A stretch of DNA of 64,000 nt from a virus (taxonomy: Duplodnaviria; Caudoviricetes): positions 2,622-66,621 of the IMG/VR virus record IMGVR_UViG_2937808278_000002; one strand, given 5' to 3'. This document shows positions 27,747 to 36,966 of this stretch, one piece after another (the first letter of the stretch is position 1; the number at the start of each line of letters is the position of its first letter). Under the pieces are notes generated by a model. The model made no database searches and was not told the origin of the DNA. It saw nothing but the letters and a program-made list of their open reading frames with translations. The position numbers were made by a program, and so were the translations under genes.

Positions 27747-27823
27747 TTGCTAATTGAAATTTGTTAACAGCCTTATGTCTACGGCCATTTTAATTCAATG
27801 AATTTCATTTAAAGGGAATTATA

Positions 27824-29071
27824 ATGTTTGACAACAGCAAGATAATTGATAAAGAGGCATTCTTTATCTACGAAAAATCAGATGGAAGCACTGAAGGCTA
27901 TCATGTTGTTAATATCAGTGTCAGTGACCATCATTTGCAAGGCGTTGCGTTACCCAAAAAACAGTTCAGAACTTTCCGCATTGACAGAATACTGGGCATG
28001 TTCAGCAGCGAAAATGAATTGCTTTCTGTAGACGTGCCATCATTGCTCGATTCATCACAGCCAAGGTTGTCAAAATCTCGCCCGAAGCAATCTACAGCTA
28101 AAGCTGAAATTGCATTCACTGGATTTTCAAAATCTGATAGAGATCGGTTAGAAACCCAAGCTGAAAGCGCTGGCCTAACTATTAAGAAAGACGTGACTAA
28201 ACGGCTCTCTTACCTCTGTTGCGGTCCCAATGCAGGCCCGTCTAAAACAGCAAAAGCACGGGATGCTGGCGCTCTCGCATTAACCGAGCAACAGTTCATA
28301 GACCTCATTACTACTGGTGAGCTCCCAGAGGTAGGCGAATATGATCTCATTATGGGCTCTACAGGTAATGAGCCAAGTAATGACATAGACTATATTCGTG
28401 ACACATTTACAACATGGCGCACTTTGCCAAGGCGGCAATGCCTCATCGCTCGCTTCATTGACGGCTATGCAGCTGGATGGCGTTTTTGTGTCCATGAGGC
28501 TCACCGACCATCTTTAGATATTAAGTTGACAGCTATATCTACCTCTAACTCAGACAAACCTAAAGAAAAGATCTCGAAGAGTGTTTGGACTCAAGGCCAC
28601 GCTTTTAACTTTATCGGTGGTGAGCTGATTTGCAGTCACATCTCAGGCCATCGAGGCCCATGGTCTGAATTTGTAAAAATGACAAATGAACGAGTGCTGT
28701 CGGTTAAGTTTTCAACCCCTGCAGGGTATGACACTGTTGATCGCATAGAGGGTGAATTTACCGGGGTTCTGCGTAGGAATAATGCAAGCTCTGCTCAGGG
28801 TGAACGAGCACAAGACCGAATCCCTTTGGCTATCAATTCTCAAACCTATGATGAGGGGACTGTAACGGTCGCTGTATCTCAGCCAGATGGTGAGCGCTTG
28901 GTCGAGATTGAGCGCATAACCCTTACTCAAGTTGAGTTTGTCGCGCTTCTCCAAAATGGAAGCTTCACGCGAGCAATATCACTACCAGATGGCTCATCCT
29001 CGATCGAGATTTACAACCCATTTGAGCGAGATGGCTTACATGAGCAGGCTCATCAACTTGAAACAGTATGA
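27824..29071 (+). CDS. WYL-like plus BRCT plus unknown C-terminal domain protein (415 aa)
   Basis: FIYEKSDG...FRTFRIDRI (WYL-like); IAFTGFS...DVTKRLSYLCCGPNAGPSK..KA...LTEQQFIDL (BRCT); AT-rich. Confidence 0.8.
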   Translation: MFDNSKIIDKEAFFIYEKSDGSTEGYHVVNISVSDHHLQGVALPKKQFRTFRIDRILGMFSSENELLSVDVPSLLDSSQPRLSKSRPKQSTAKAEIAFTGFSKSDRDRLETQAESAGLTIKKDVTKRLSYLCCGPNAGPSKTAKARDAGALALTEQQFIDLITTGELPEVGEYDLIMGSTGNEPSNDIDYIRDTFTTWRTLPRRQCLIARFIDGYAAGWRFCVHEAHRPSLDIKLTAISTSNSDKPKEKISKSVWTQGHAFNFIGGELICSHISGHRGPWSEFVKMTNERVLSVKFSTPAGYDTVDRIEGEFTGVLRRNNASSAQGERAQDRIPLAINSQTYDEGTVTVAVSQPDGERLVEIERITLTQVEFVALLQNGSFTRAISLPDGSSSIEIYNPFERDGLHEQAHQLETV

Positions 29072-30120
29072 CCGTCCGTAAACTCGATGACGACAAGCCT
29101 AAGCTCTGGCTTGCCGAGGTCTATCCCCAGGGTCGTGACGGCCCCCGCAAGCGCAAGCGCTTTGCCACCAAGGGCGAAGCGTTGGCATGGGAAAAACACA
29201 TGCTGGCCCAGCCCTGGCAACAGCCAGAGGCGAGCAATGTGGATGAACGGCGGCTGAGCGACCTGGTGGCACTCTGGTATGGTCGCCACGGCCAGACCCT
29301 GACCGATGGCGACCGCCGTCGTGACAAGCTGATCTGGTTGGCTGAGGCGCTGGGCAACCCGCTGGCGACCGAGTTCACCGCCCAGCAGTTTGCGGCCTAC
29401 CGCGAACGGAGGCTGGCGGGTGAACTTTATGTGCCCGGTCAGCGCAAACAGGTCTCCCCGACCACCATCAACCGCGAACTGCTCTACCTGCAGGCCGTGT
29501 TCAACGAGCTCGGCCGCCTGGGGGAGTGGGCCCACGGCAACCCGCTCGAGGTGCTGCGCCAGTACAAGGTGCAAGAATCCGAGCTGGCGTTCCTCAACCA
29601 GGATGAAATCGAACAGCTGCTGGCAGCGTGCGTAGGGCTGAACGACTTGTGGCTGATCGTGATGCTGTGCCTTTCGACCGGGGCGCGTTGGTCCGAGATT
29701 GAAAAGCTGACCCGCTCACAGGTCGGCATCGGTCGGTTGACCTTCACCCGCACCAAGGGCAAGAAGAACCGCACCGTGCCGGTGGCCGGTTGGCTGTTGG
29801 CCTTGCTGCCCAAGCGTACCGGCCGCCTGTTCGGTGATTGCTACGCCGAGTTCGAGAAGGCGCTGCGCCGCGCTGGGATCACCCTGCCGGCTGGCCAGCG
29901 CACCCATGTGCTGCGCCACACCTTCGCCAGTCACTTCATGATGGGCGGCGGCAACATCCTGGTGCTGCAGCGCATCCTCGGCCACACCGACATCAAGATG
30001 ACCATGCGCTATGCCCACTTCGCCCCTGACCACCTCGAAGATGCGGTCAAACTCAACCCGATCACCGCGATGAAAAATGGCGGCAAAGTGGCGGCAGCGC
30101 TCACCAGCGACACCCAATAA
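29068..30120 (+). CDS. int: Tyrosine integrase (186/HP1 type) of prophage 1
   Basis: STGARWSE (R), HVLRH (HxxR), LGH, MRYAH (Y). Confidence 0.96.
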   Translation: MTVRKLDDDKPKLWLAEVYPQGRDGPRKRKRFATKGEALAWEKHMLAQPWQQPEASNVDERRLSDLVALWYGRHGQTLTDGDRRRDKLIWLAEALGNPLATEFTAQQFAAYRERRLAGELYVPGQRKQVSPTTINRELLYLQAVFNELGRLGEWAHGNPLEVLRQYKVQESELAFLNQDEIEQLLAACVGLNDLWLIVMLCLSTGARWSEIEKLTRSQVGIGRLTFTRTKGKKNRTVPVAGWLLALLPKRTGRLFGDCYAEFEKALRRAGITLPAGQRTHVLRHTFASHFMMGGGNILVLQRILGHTDIKMTMRYAHFAPDHLEDAVKLNPITAMKNGGKVAAALTSDTQ

Positions 30121-30170
30121 CCCCCACCCATCCCCAAGCAAACCCGCGAAAACACGGCAACTCATTGATT
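30078..30170. promoter_or_regulatory. att arm of prophage 1: arm-type repeats and IHF site
   Basis: TGGCGGCA at 30078 and 30089; minus-strand AATCAATGAGTTG (30158-30170) is a perfect WATCAANNNNTTR. Confidence 0.7.
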
Positions 30171-30189
30171 CACAGCGGCTTGCGATGGT

Positions 30190-30243
30190 TTCAAAATCCG
30201 CCGTAGCAATACGTGTCGGTTCGAGTCCGACCCCGGGCACCAT
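30190..30243 (+). repeat. att core: 3' part of tRNA-Leu(CAA) (not an intact tRNA)
   Basis: TTCAAAATCCGCCGTAGCAATACGTGTCGGTTCGAGTCCGACCCCGGGCACCAT; leuX-like anticodon loop, variable arm, T-arm and CCA; identical to 63625-63678; no 5' acceptor/D-arm upstream. Confidence 0.93.
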
Positions 30244-30256
30244 CAATGAATTCAAT

Positions 30257-30293
30257 AACATAAGGCCACCCAAGCGGGTGGCCTTATGTTTTT
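30257..30293 (+). terminator. Terminator supplied downstream of the tRNA 3' end
   Basis: 15-bp stem AACATAAGGCCACCC/GGGTGGCCTTATGTT plus T run. Confidence 0.85.
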
Positions 30294-30314
30294 CTGGTCC
30301 CTCAATCTGGCGAT

Positions 30315-30368
30315 GTGTCCACATCGTGTCCACCTGGGTTTAGGTGATCGGGTTGTTGTCGTGTCCAC
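30315..30368. promoter_or_regulatory. Arm-type integrase sites of prophage 2 (left arm)
   Basis: GTGTCCAC at 30315, 30326 and 30361; GTGTCCAT at the right arm (63512). Confidence 0.65.
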
Positions 30369-30539
30369 TTCCACTACGGCAGGGCCAAGCGTGACCGGAC
30401 ACACTTCACAAAAAACCTATTTTCCGTGGAGCAGTCCAGCCAGCGCTCCCAGGCGGCAACGCCCTTTCAATATTTCAGTTATCAAGCCTGCCATCATTGG
30501 GGCTAACCTGCTGAAACAAAACGCCTTCTAGCGGCTCTC

Positions 30540-30900
30540 CCGCAGGAGTCCGGATCCTCCCCGATCATTCAAATCCTCACGGAAAGCGTGAGTTCCCCAA
30601 TACATTCAGCCACTTACATTTTTACCTTTGTTATCCAGAGCCCTGCTGAACTGTAAAACCCTGCAATTTCCTTCGATCCTTTCAGATCCTCGCCAAGCCA
30701 AAGATCCTTGATGTGGCGAGGCCTGGCCCTATGGTTTTGCGGTAATCTACTTTTGCAAAAATTTTTCTTGATGAACCCCGCAGGCGGGAGCGGATGAGCG
30801 CGGATTCCGTGGCGCAGACGCCGCCGTGGGCCCCCTGCCGTGCGCTGGGAGGCTGTGAGCGAGCGTAGGCTTCACGTATGATGCAGCGCTGCCCGATGGC
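30540..30900. other. Probable packaging (cos) region of prophage 2
   Basis: Non-coding, with a GATCC cluster like the one beside cos of prophage 1; HP1-type phages have cos near attP; exact site not identified. Confidence 0.3.
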
Positions 30901-30957
30901 ACCCATTCATGCGGCGCCCTCCCCTGGCCATGCTCAGGCGCTGTCAGGCAGATAGAC

Positions 30958-30982
30958 GAAGGCCCCACATTGTGGGGCCTTC
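30958..30982 (-). terminator. Hairpin after the last tail gene
   Basis: GAAGGCCCCAC ATT GTGGGGCCTTC. Confidence 0.6.
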
Positions 30983-30995
30983 TTCATTCGGTGGG

Positions 30996-32606
30996 TCACT
31001 CGATGATGGGGGAGAGGGTGTTCGCCAGTTGACCGGCCTGCTGGCTCTGGCCGGTGAAGGTATCTGCATTGGTGGGTGGTGGGCCGCCGTGGTCATGGCT
31101 GGCGGTGGTGGCGGCCAGTTGTTCCACCACGTTCATCAGCTGGTTGAGCAGGCGGAAGATGTTCACCCCGTCGCTACCCATCCACGACTTGGGCGCTTCG
31201 AAGTGCTGCAGCTCGCCGGCAAGTGCCCGACGAACCAGGGCGATATCTTCATCCAGGTTGCCGCCTGCTGTCTGGCTCATGTTACCGGCGCTGCCCAGTA
31301 TCATGTCTTCTGCGGTCAGCAGCTCGATATCCCCGAGTGCCTCGATGCGCTTCATGGCCCCGATCTCTTCCACGCTGTTGGCCAAGACGGTCAGCTGGTG
31401 CTTGCCGAACTCGCCCAGGTACTCGTCCGCCTCGCGGATCATTTGCATGGCCTTGTCGTGCTGGCGGCGGTCAGTATGGCGTGACTGGTTGCCCACGGTA
31501 TCGGTACGGCTGAACACCTCTGCCCGTTGCTGTTGTAGCTGCTCGCCCGGTTCGATATCCGGCAGCGGCCAGCCAGTGCCCAGGATGGTGCGGACGAACG
31601 GCCGATCGGCACGACCAAAGGCAAATCCCAGCTCGACCATGGCCCCCTCGACCGGGAACTGCAGCAGCCCCTGCTCAGGCCCGCCGAACATGACCGGCAG
31701 TGGTACGGCTCGATAGAGCGGCGTCCCTTCATCTGGTTCACCATCCTCGCCCAGTAGCTGCACATCTACCGCATAGCGCGGGCGAAACGGATCATTGAGC
31801 TGACCGGCCGCGGCTTGGTCACTGATGGACTCAACCCGCCCGAACTTGGGCAGGTGCATCTTGTCGGCCAGCTCGGGGAACTCCCCCTCCATCTTGCGCC
31901 GCTCCGGCGACTTCACCGGTTTACCCGGTGTGGCTGTGGTCAGGGTCATTTCGTCACCCTTGAGCCGTACCCGCTCCACCCGCTTACCGTTGACGATGGC
32001 CCCCGGGCGCATGGCCGGGATCGGGGCCAGAGTGATGGTGTTGCCCGCTTGGCGGGCCGAGAAGGCCGAGTCCAGCTCCACCGCCTTATCTGCCCATCGG
32101 CTATGGGCATGACTGCCTACGAAGATGGCGCCATCTGGTTGTTGATGCCAGATGAAGTCAGGTACCGAGAAGGCACGGCCCGCATTATCGAGCAGCTGAT
32201 AGCCGGTGCCGGCGCTGGTGAAGTTGGGGATCGGGGTGTCGGTGTAGTCTGTCCCGTCCGGCAGCAAGAAGGTGAGTTGGGTCTGGTCGGTCAGCCAGGC
32301 CAGCAGGCTGCGCAGGGTGGCATGCTGAATACTGACAGGGAACTTGCTGCCCAGGATCCCGGCCAGCTCACGACATAGCAGCTTGCTGGCACCGTTGGCG
32401 GCGGGTTGTACGTCATAGACATAACCGGTGAACCAGCGGCGTAGTTCACCGTTGTAGCCGGTATCCACGGTCAGGGTCTGCCCCTTGGTGGCCGTGCCCT
32501 CGATGGTCAGCGCAGCGCGGCCACCGGCGGAGAGATCGAGCACGATGTCATGGTCAACCAGGTGGACTGGCTGGCCACTCATGGTCAGGTTGGTCGAGAG
32601 CTTCAC
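30996..32606 (-). CDS. Baseplate hub/spike-like tail protein (HP1/K139 last tail ORF)
   Basis: 536 aa; PRYAVDVQLL...FAFGRADRPFVRTIL; C-terminal HDHGGPP. Confidence 0.7.
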   Translation of the reverse strand: MKLSTNLTMSGQPVHLVDHDIVLDLSAGGRAALTIEGTATKGQTLTVDTGYNGELRRWFTGYVYDVQPAANGASKLLCRELAGILGSKFPVSIQHATLRSLLAWLTDQTQLTFLLPDGTDYTDTPIPNFTSAGTGYQLLDNAGRAFSVPDFIWHQQPDGAIFVGSHAHSRWADKAVELDSAFSARQAGNTITLAPIPAMRPGAIVNGKRVERVRLKGDEMTLTTATPGKPVKSPERRKMEGEFPELADKMHLPKFGRVESISDQAAAGQLNDPFRPRYAVDVQLLGEDGEPDEGTPLYRAVPLPVMFGGPEQGLLQFPVEGAMVELGFAFGRADRPFVRTILGTGWPLPDIEPGEQLQQQRAEVFSRTDTVGNQSRHTDRRQHDKAMQMIREADEYLGEFGKHQLTVLANSVEEIGAMKRIEALGDIELLTAEDMILGSAGNMSQTAGGNLDEDIALVRRALAGELQHFEAPKSWMGSDGVNIFRLLNQLMNVVEQLAATTASHDHGGPPPTNADTFTGQSQQAGQLANTLSPIIE

Positions 32607-33163
32607 GCGAGAATATCCCCCAGCGCTGTATCCACACCCTTGAGCATCCGTTCCACATAACTCAGCTGCTCCTGCTCAGATGCCGCGGGGCTGCTACCGG
32701 TTTTCGCTGGTGTGGCATTGGCGGTGCCTTGCCCCACTGTGGCAGCAGCCTTGGGGAGGCGCTGCTCGCGCTTCTCCGGTACCGAGTTATGCTCGCGCAG
32801 GGTGAACTGCACCTGCCACGCCAGCAGGCCTTCTTGCTCGCTGGCGGTGATGCGGCCGGCGAACTTGGCCTGGCGCACCTTCACCGACTTGGCCAGCAGC
32901 GAGCCGACCCGGTAGATATGGCGCTTGCCGCCGTCGCCCTTGGCGTCAGCCAGCTCGAACAGGCGGCTCAGTGTTGTCTCATCTGTGAACGGCACCAGGC
33001 CGGAGACATCGAGCTCCTTGGCCTTCTCTCCCTGTTCCGAGCTGCTGGTTGAGCTGGTCTGGCCGCTCTGATCCTTGTCCTGGAATTGCATCGACGCGCT
33101 GATTCGCATCGATTTCATCACGATGGGCTCACCGTCCAGGGTGAGCATGGCGGTTCGGCTCAT
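32603..33163 (-). CDS. Baseplate complex protein
   Basis: LTLDGEPI...KAKELDVSGLVPF...W.VQFTLREHNSVPE, HP1-type tail ORF. Confidence 0.65.
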   Translation of the reverse strand: MSRTAMLTLDGEPIVMKSMRISASMQFQDKDQSGQTSSTSSSEQGEKAKELDVSGLVPFTDETTLSRLFELADAKGDGGKRHIYRVGSLLAKSVKVRQAKFAGRITASEQEGLLAWQVQFTLREHNSVPEKREQRLPKAAATVGQGTANATPAKTGSSPAASEQEQLSYVERMLKGVDTALGDILA

Positions 33164-33861
33164 TGGGTTAACTCCTGCCAGTAGGTGAGCGGCTCAGGGG
33201 AGAGCAGCAGGGCGCCAACGGTCATGCTGTGGCTGTGGTCTGGATGGGCACTCTCGAGCAGTTGGGCGGCCAGGCTGGCCGGCTCGCCATAGCCATGCCA
33301 GCTCCACAGCAATCCTGCAAGGCTTGGCTTGTTGGTCAGTGCGTCGTCCAGCTCGGCAACCCTGGCGGCCCGCTTGGCGGCCAGTGCGGCCAGTTTGGCT
33401 TTGGTGGTCGCCGGTGACGGCGAGTTGTTCTCACTTTCCTGCAGAGCATCCCTAGCACCATTGAGCATCAGCTGGCGGCGCAGTGGATCCCAGATCAACG
33501 GGTCTTCGGCCTTCCAGCGCGGCGCCATGGCCGCAGTGGGCTGAGCCATGATGTCGTTGTTGGCGGTGAGGCGGCGTAGGGTCGCGCACCACTCAGGCAG
33601 CGGCAGGATTGCGCAGACTGGGGCCAGAGCAGCGGCGAGGGCTGCCTCACTGCTTCCTGTGACCATCCAGGCTACCGCGTGAAGTTGCCCAGCAGGCATC
33701 AGGTGGTCGGCGCCATCCTGCAGTTTGGCGGCCATGGCCTTGATGGCGTTGGGGGCGGCCAGGGTGTGCTGGCCGCCTTGCTGCTGACCGATGCCATGTT
33801 GGTATGGTGTGGTGGTTAGGCAATGACCCGAAGCCAATAGTTGATTCAACATCAAACTCAT
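33160..33861 (-). CDS. Conserved tail-region hypothetical protein
   Basis: 233-aa ORF, RBS AGAGG, operon position. Confidence 0.65.
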   Translation of the reverse strand: MSLMLNQLLASGHCLTTTPYQHGIGQQQGGQHTLAAPNAIKAMAAKLQDGADHLMPAGQLHAVAWMVTGSSEAALAAALAPVCAILPLPEWCATLRRLTANNDIMAQPTAAMAPRWKAEDPLIWDPLRRQLMLNGARDALQESENNSPSPATTKAKLAALAAKRAARVAELDDALTNKPSLAGLLWSWHGYGEPASLAAQLLESAHPDHSHSMTVGALLLSPEPLTYWQELTQ

Positions 33862-33996
33862 AAATAGGCCTCTACTACTTATGTCAGGGGCAACTCAACA
33901 CTCAGCATTTGTGTTGATTGCCATGAAGTAACTCCGAGGCTGGCGGAGTCTCTGTCGCCTCGGCCTGGGTCATCAACCACAGGCCGACGGTCAATA

Positions 33997-36966
33997 TTAC
34001 GGATACAGAGCAGAGCTGATCTTTTTACTCGTTACCGAGCCGACAGAGCCGCCAGCGACGCTGGTGTTAACCGCAACGTCTATCCATGCCCAACCGCTTG
34101 CCGTCCCGTAATGATCCTGCAGCACACAGGGAAGACTTGAATCCCTGCACTCCAGCGTCGTCAGGCAGCTTCTACCGTAAGCCGGACCAATTAAGGCGAC
34201 ACTGCTGCCACTTTGGACTGCTACCCTAGTCAGTTTCACGTTCTTCGAACCATCACCGGGGATGAATATCTTTCTTGAGCCTGCTGCTGGCGGAAGCTCA
34301 ATAGCCACGCCCTCGATTGTGACGCGGTCAATGTTGCTGGGTATCGAATGAACCTCATCCCAGCTCTGCCCGACAACGATGGTCGGAGTGTCACCGTTCG
34401 CGACAATCTCCAGATGCTTGGCGGATATTGTCGTGTTACTCACGTTCTCCCCATTCGGGTACATGTAATTAGTCGCAACCCGGCCAGTCACATAAATCCG
34501 GTTAATCGCCGATTTGTGAACCCGAGAAATCGCCGTTTGCAGCGTCTGTACCGGGGTGTCAACGTGTAGTCCGCTGTTGGCGTCATTGCCGTTGGGGGAC
34601 ACGAAGATGCTGCGCACTCCATCGACGATGGCATCCTCGTAGTTTGCCAAGGCCAGGTAGGGCATTTTCAATAGATACCAACCGAGGCCTCTGGTTTTCA
34701 GTCCTTTCAGATTGATAACCGAGTAACTATCGGCATTCGCAATGGCGGCAGTGGACACTTTGAGATACGCGGCGTGATTCACCTCCAGCTCAACCGACGC
34801 GGCGCGGGCGTGAATAAGTTTGGCGTTGGGGGCAATAACCCACGAAAGGGACAGCTTTACCGCCACGGTATGGGCAGCCAAGATGTACTCGAATGTCGCA
34901 CCCTCTACATAGTTATCGTCCAGGTGCATGCTGGCCGCATTGGTACACATGGCCCCAATTTGACCACCTTCCCAGATGTTGTTTTTATGCATGGGATGGC
35001 CGTAAGAGTTGTACACGCAACACGTTTTACCGACCAGTGACGGCTCTGGGTAGTTTGGATAGTCAAACTCCGCAGTCGTCGGTTTGCTGCCGCTGACCGT
35101 CAGGTAGTTGTTTTGCTGGTCATCAACGGTCATGTCATTGCCGTTCAGGAGCGGGATGGCTCGCGCAATCATGTGGTTATCCCGCAGTGACCCACCCCAG
35201 CTAGTACTGTTCTGAATACTGATGTTGCCGCCAATCAGGGAGCAGCGATGGATATGTGACTGCTGCATCATGCAGCGATTGAGCGTCCCCCTAATGTTGC
35301 GGCCAGGCTTGACCACCACATCCACGCCGAACATCGAGAAGCCTGGGCAGCCGGTATAATGCCCATCATCCCAGTCTGTTCTCGACGCCAGCCTCCCTAG
35401 CTCTCGAGCCCCTGATTCGTTATAGGGGGCCGCATCTAGCGCAAAGCCATTCTTATCGTCGAAGTCGGCGATAATCTGGAAGCCACCGTTCTGCCCGAAA
35501 AAGCCACCGACATGGTCCGTTGCTATCACAAGGTAGGGATTAACCTTCAGCGGACGCGTGATCCGGAATTTACCGAAGCCGGACATGGCAGCGACCACTG
35601 CCCCCATCGCCGCCTTGGTGGCTGAGATTGACCCTTTCCACTCAAAGGGAGAGCAATAGGCAATGCAGGCCTCTAAGGCATCGGTAGAATCAGCCACCCC
35701 GGTCGGGTCAGCGCCACCGGCAAACCGCTTCTCAATGGGCGACACCCGCTTGATAGAATAAAGCACCTCACTGAGTGGGCCAGATTGAGAGCCAATCATG
35801 GCGGCGCCGCCCGTGCTGGCAAGCATTTCCCTCAAACGCTCTTTGCTGCGGTCTGTAAATCCGCCAGAAGATGGGTTCGTGCCTTTCTCTACAGTACGTG
35901 GATATGGCCCTGCCGATGAATACGCCTTACCACTTCCCTCATCCAACAGCACATCTGATGCAAAGGTCAGTGTGCCACCTTTACCGAAACTCTCCGGCCT
36001 GTCACGCAGGCTATATCCCGCCTCCGCATAGCTGCGGCGTAGGGCTTCCCAGCTTGTGATGGCCAGCATGGTATCGGCCTGCTCTAAGAGAGAGAGGGAT
36101 TCAGGAAAGGAGGTTTCACCATCGCGGGTAATGCCGCGGCTGTCCACGACGGTGCTGTCCGCCTGCACGGAGCCCAGCTTGGCTACGAAGTGCTGATAGC
36201 CGCTGCCATCCACATGGTCGGTCAGGTCGGTTACGCTGGTTATGAGCGTGAAGTGGTTCTGATGTTCGGAGAGCAGCGAACCGGCACGATGTACATCGAC
36301 CCAGACGCCAATCGGCTTGGTGCCCGGGTAAATGACTTCGGGCTGTTTCAGTTCGACCCGCAGGCCGCCGACGATGGCTACACCCGGAGTGACCTGAAAG
36401 GCGCCATCCGTCTCTACCACCTTGAATCCATCACCGACAAAGGTGTGGTGGCCATAGAGATCGGCCTGCAGCTGGCGGATGTCCTCATCCATCCCGCGCA
36501 GGCGGGCGGCATAGTCAATCTGCCAGGTGCCAGCATCCACGTTGGTGAGGGTGGCCTCGGCGGCCTGGTCGTATCCCATCAGCATGGACTTGACCAGGGA
36601 GTTACCGGTCTGTCCGGTGGTCTGGTCGGTCTTGAGCTTAGTCTCTCGGCCCTTGTAGACGATCATCCCGATCACGCCGTTCTGCTTGTTGCGCAGGTAC
36701 ATGGCATTGAACGAGAAGTCGCCGACTGTGGTGTCCATCACAATGGTGTAGGCCACCGCGTTGTTGTTGATGCGGCCGCGCTGGTCCACGTTCTGGCGGT
36801 GCACGATCTGGCTTTCCGGCGGCAGGCCGGCGTCAGGGTCGATGGGGGAGGTGATATCCAGATTAGGGATGTCAGCCAGGATGAACTCATCCAGTACGAC
36901 CGGTTGTTCTGCGGCCAGGCTGGACTGCCAATATTGTTCGAATGCGTTGGTAATGACCTGGCTCAT
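33997..36966 (-). CDS. Tail fibre/tailspike, 989 aa, with probable beta-helix depolymerase
   Basis: HP1-type collar N-terminus; LRRSYAEAGY...SFGKGGTLT..SDVLL tailspike adaptor; FAGGADPTGVADST.ALEACI pectate-lyase-like start. Confidence 0.82.
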   Translation of the reverse strand: MSQVITNAFEQYWQSSLAAEQPVVLDEFILADIPNLDITSPIDPDAGLPPESQIVHRQNVDQRGRINNNAVAYTIVMDTTVGDFSFNAMYLRNKQNGVIGMIVYKGRETKLKTDQTTGQTGNSLVKSMLMGYDQAAEATLTNVDAGTWQIDYAARLRGMDEDIRQLQADLYGHHTFVGDGFKVVETDGAFQVTPGVAIVGGLRVELKQPEVIYPGTKPIGVWVDVHRAGSLLSEHQNHFTLITSVTDLTDHVDGSGYQHFVAKLGSVQADSTVVDSRGITRDGETSFPESLSLLEQADTMLAITSWEALRRSYAEAGYSLRDRPESFGKGGTLTFASDVLLDEGSGKAYSSAGPYPRTVEKGTNPSSGGFTDRSKERLREMLASTGGAAMIGSQSGPLSEVLYSIKRVSPIEKRFAGGADPTGVADSTDALEACIAYCSPFEWKGSISATKAAMGAVVAAMSGFGKFRITRPLKVNPYLVIATDHVGGFFGQNGGFQIIADFDDKNGFALDAAPYNESGARELGRLASRTDWDDGHYTGCPGFSMFGVDVVVKPGRNIRGTLNRCMMQQSHIHRCSLIGGNISIQNSTSWGGSLRDNHMIARAIPLLNGNDMTVDDQQNNYLTVSGSKPTTAEFDYPNYPEPSLVGKTCCVYNSYGHPMHKNNIWEGGQIGAMCTNAASMHLDDNYVEGATFEYILAAHTVAVKLSLSWVIAPNAKLIHARAASVELEVNHAAYLKVSTAAIANADSYSVINLKGLKTRGLGWYLLKMPYLALANYEDAIVDGVRSIFVSPNGNDANSGLHVDTPVQTLQTAISRVHKSAINRIYVTGRVATNYMYPNGENVSNTTISAKHLEIVANGDTPTIVVGQSWDEVHSIPSNIDRVTIEGVAIELPPAAGSRKIFIPGDGSKNVKLTRVAVQSGSSVALIGPAYGRSCLTTLECRDSSLPCVLQDHYGTASGWAWIDVAVNTSVAGGSVGSVTSKKISSALYP

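Larger units (their letters stand above)
1..30243. mobile_element. Prophage 1, P2/186-like (Peduoviridae); left end outside the window
   Basis: P2-order gene set (T,E,FII,FI,H,I,J,W,V,S,R,lysis,X,L,M,N,O/P,Q,cos,A,cII,cox,cI,int) ending at a tRNA-Leu 3' att copy. Confidence 0.97.
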
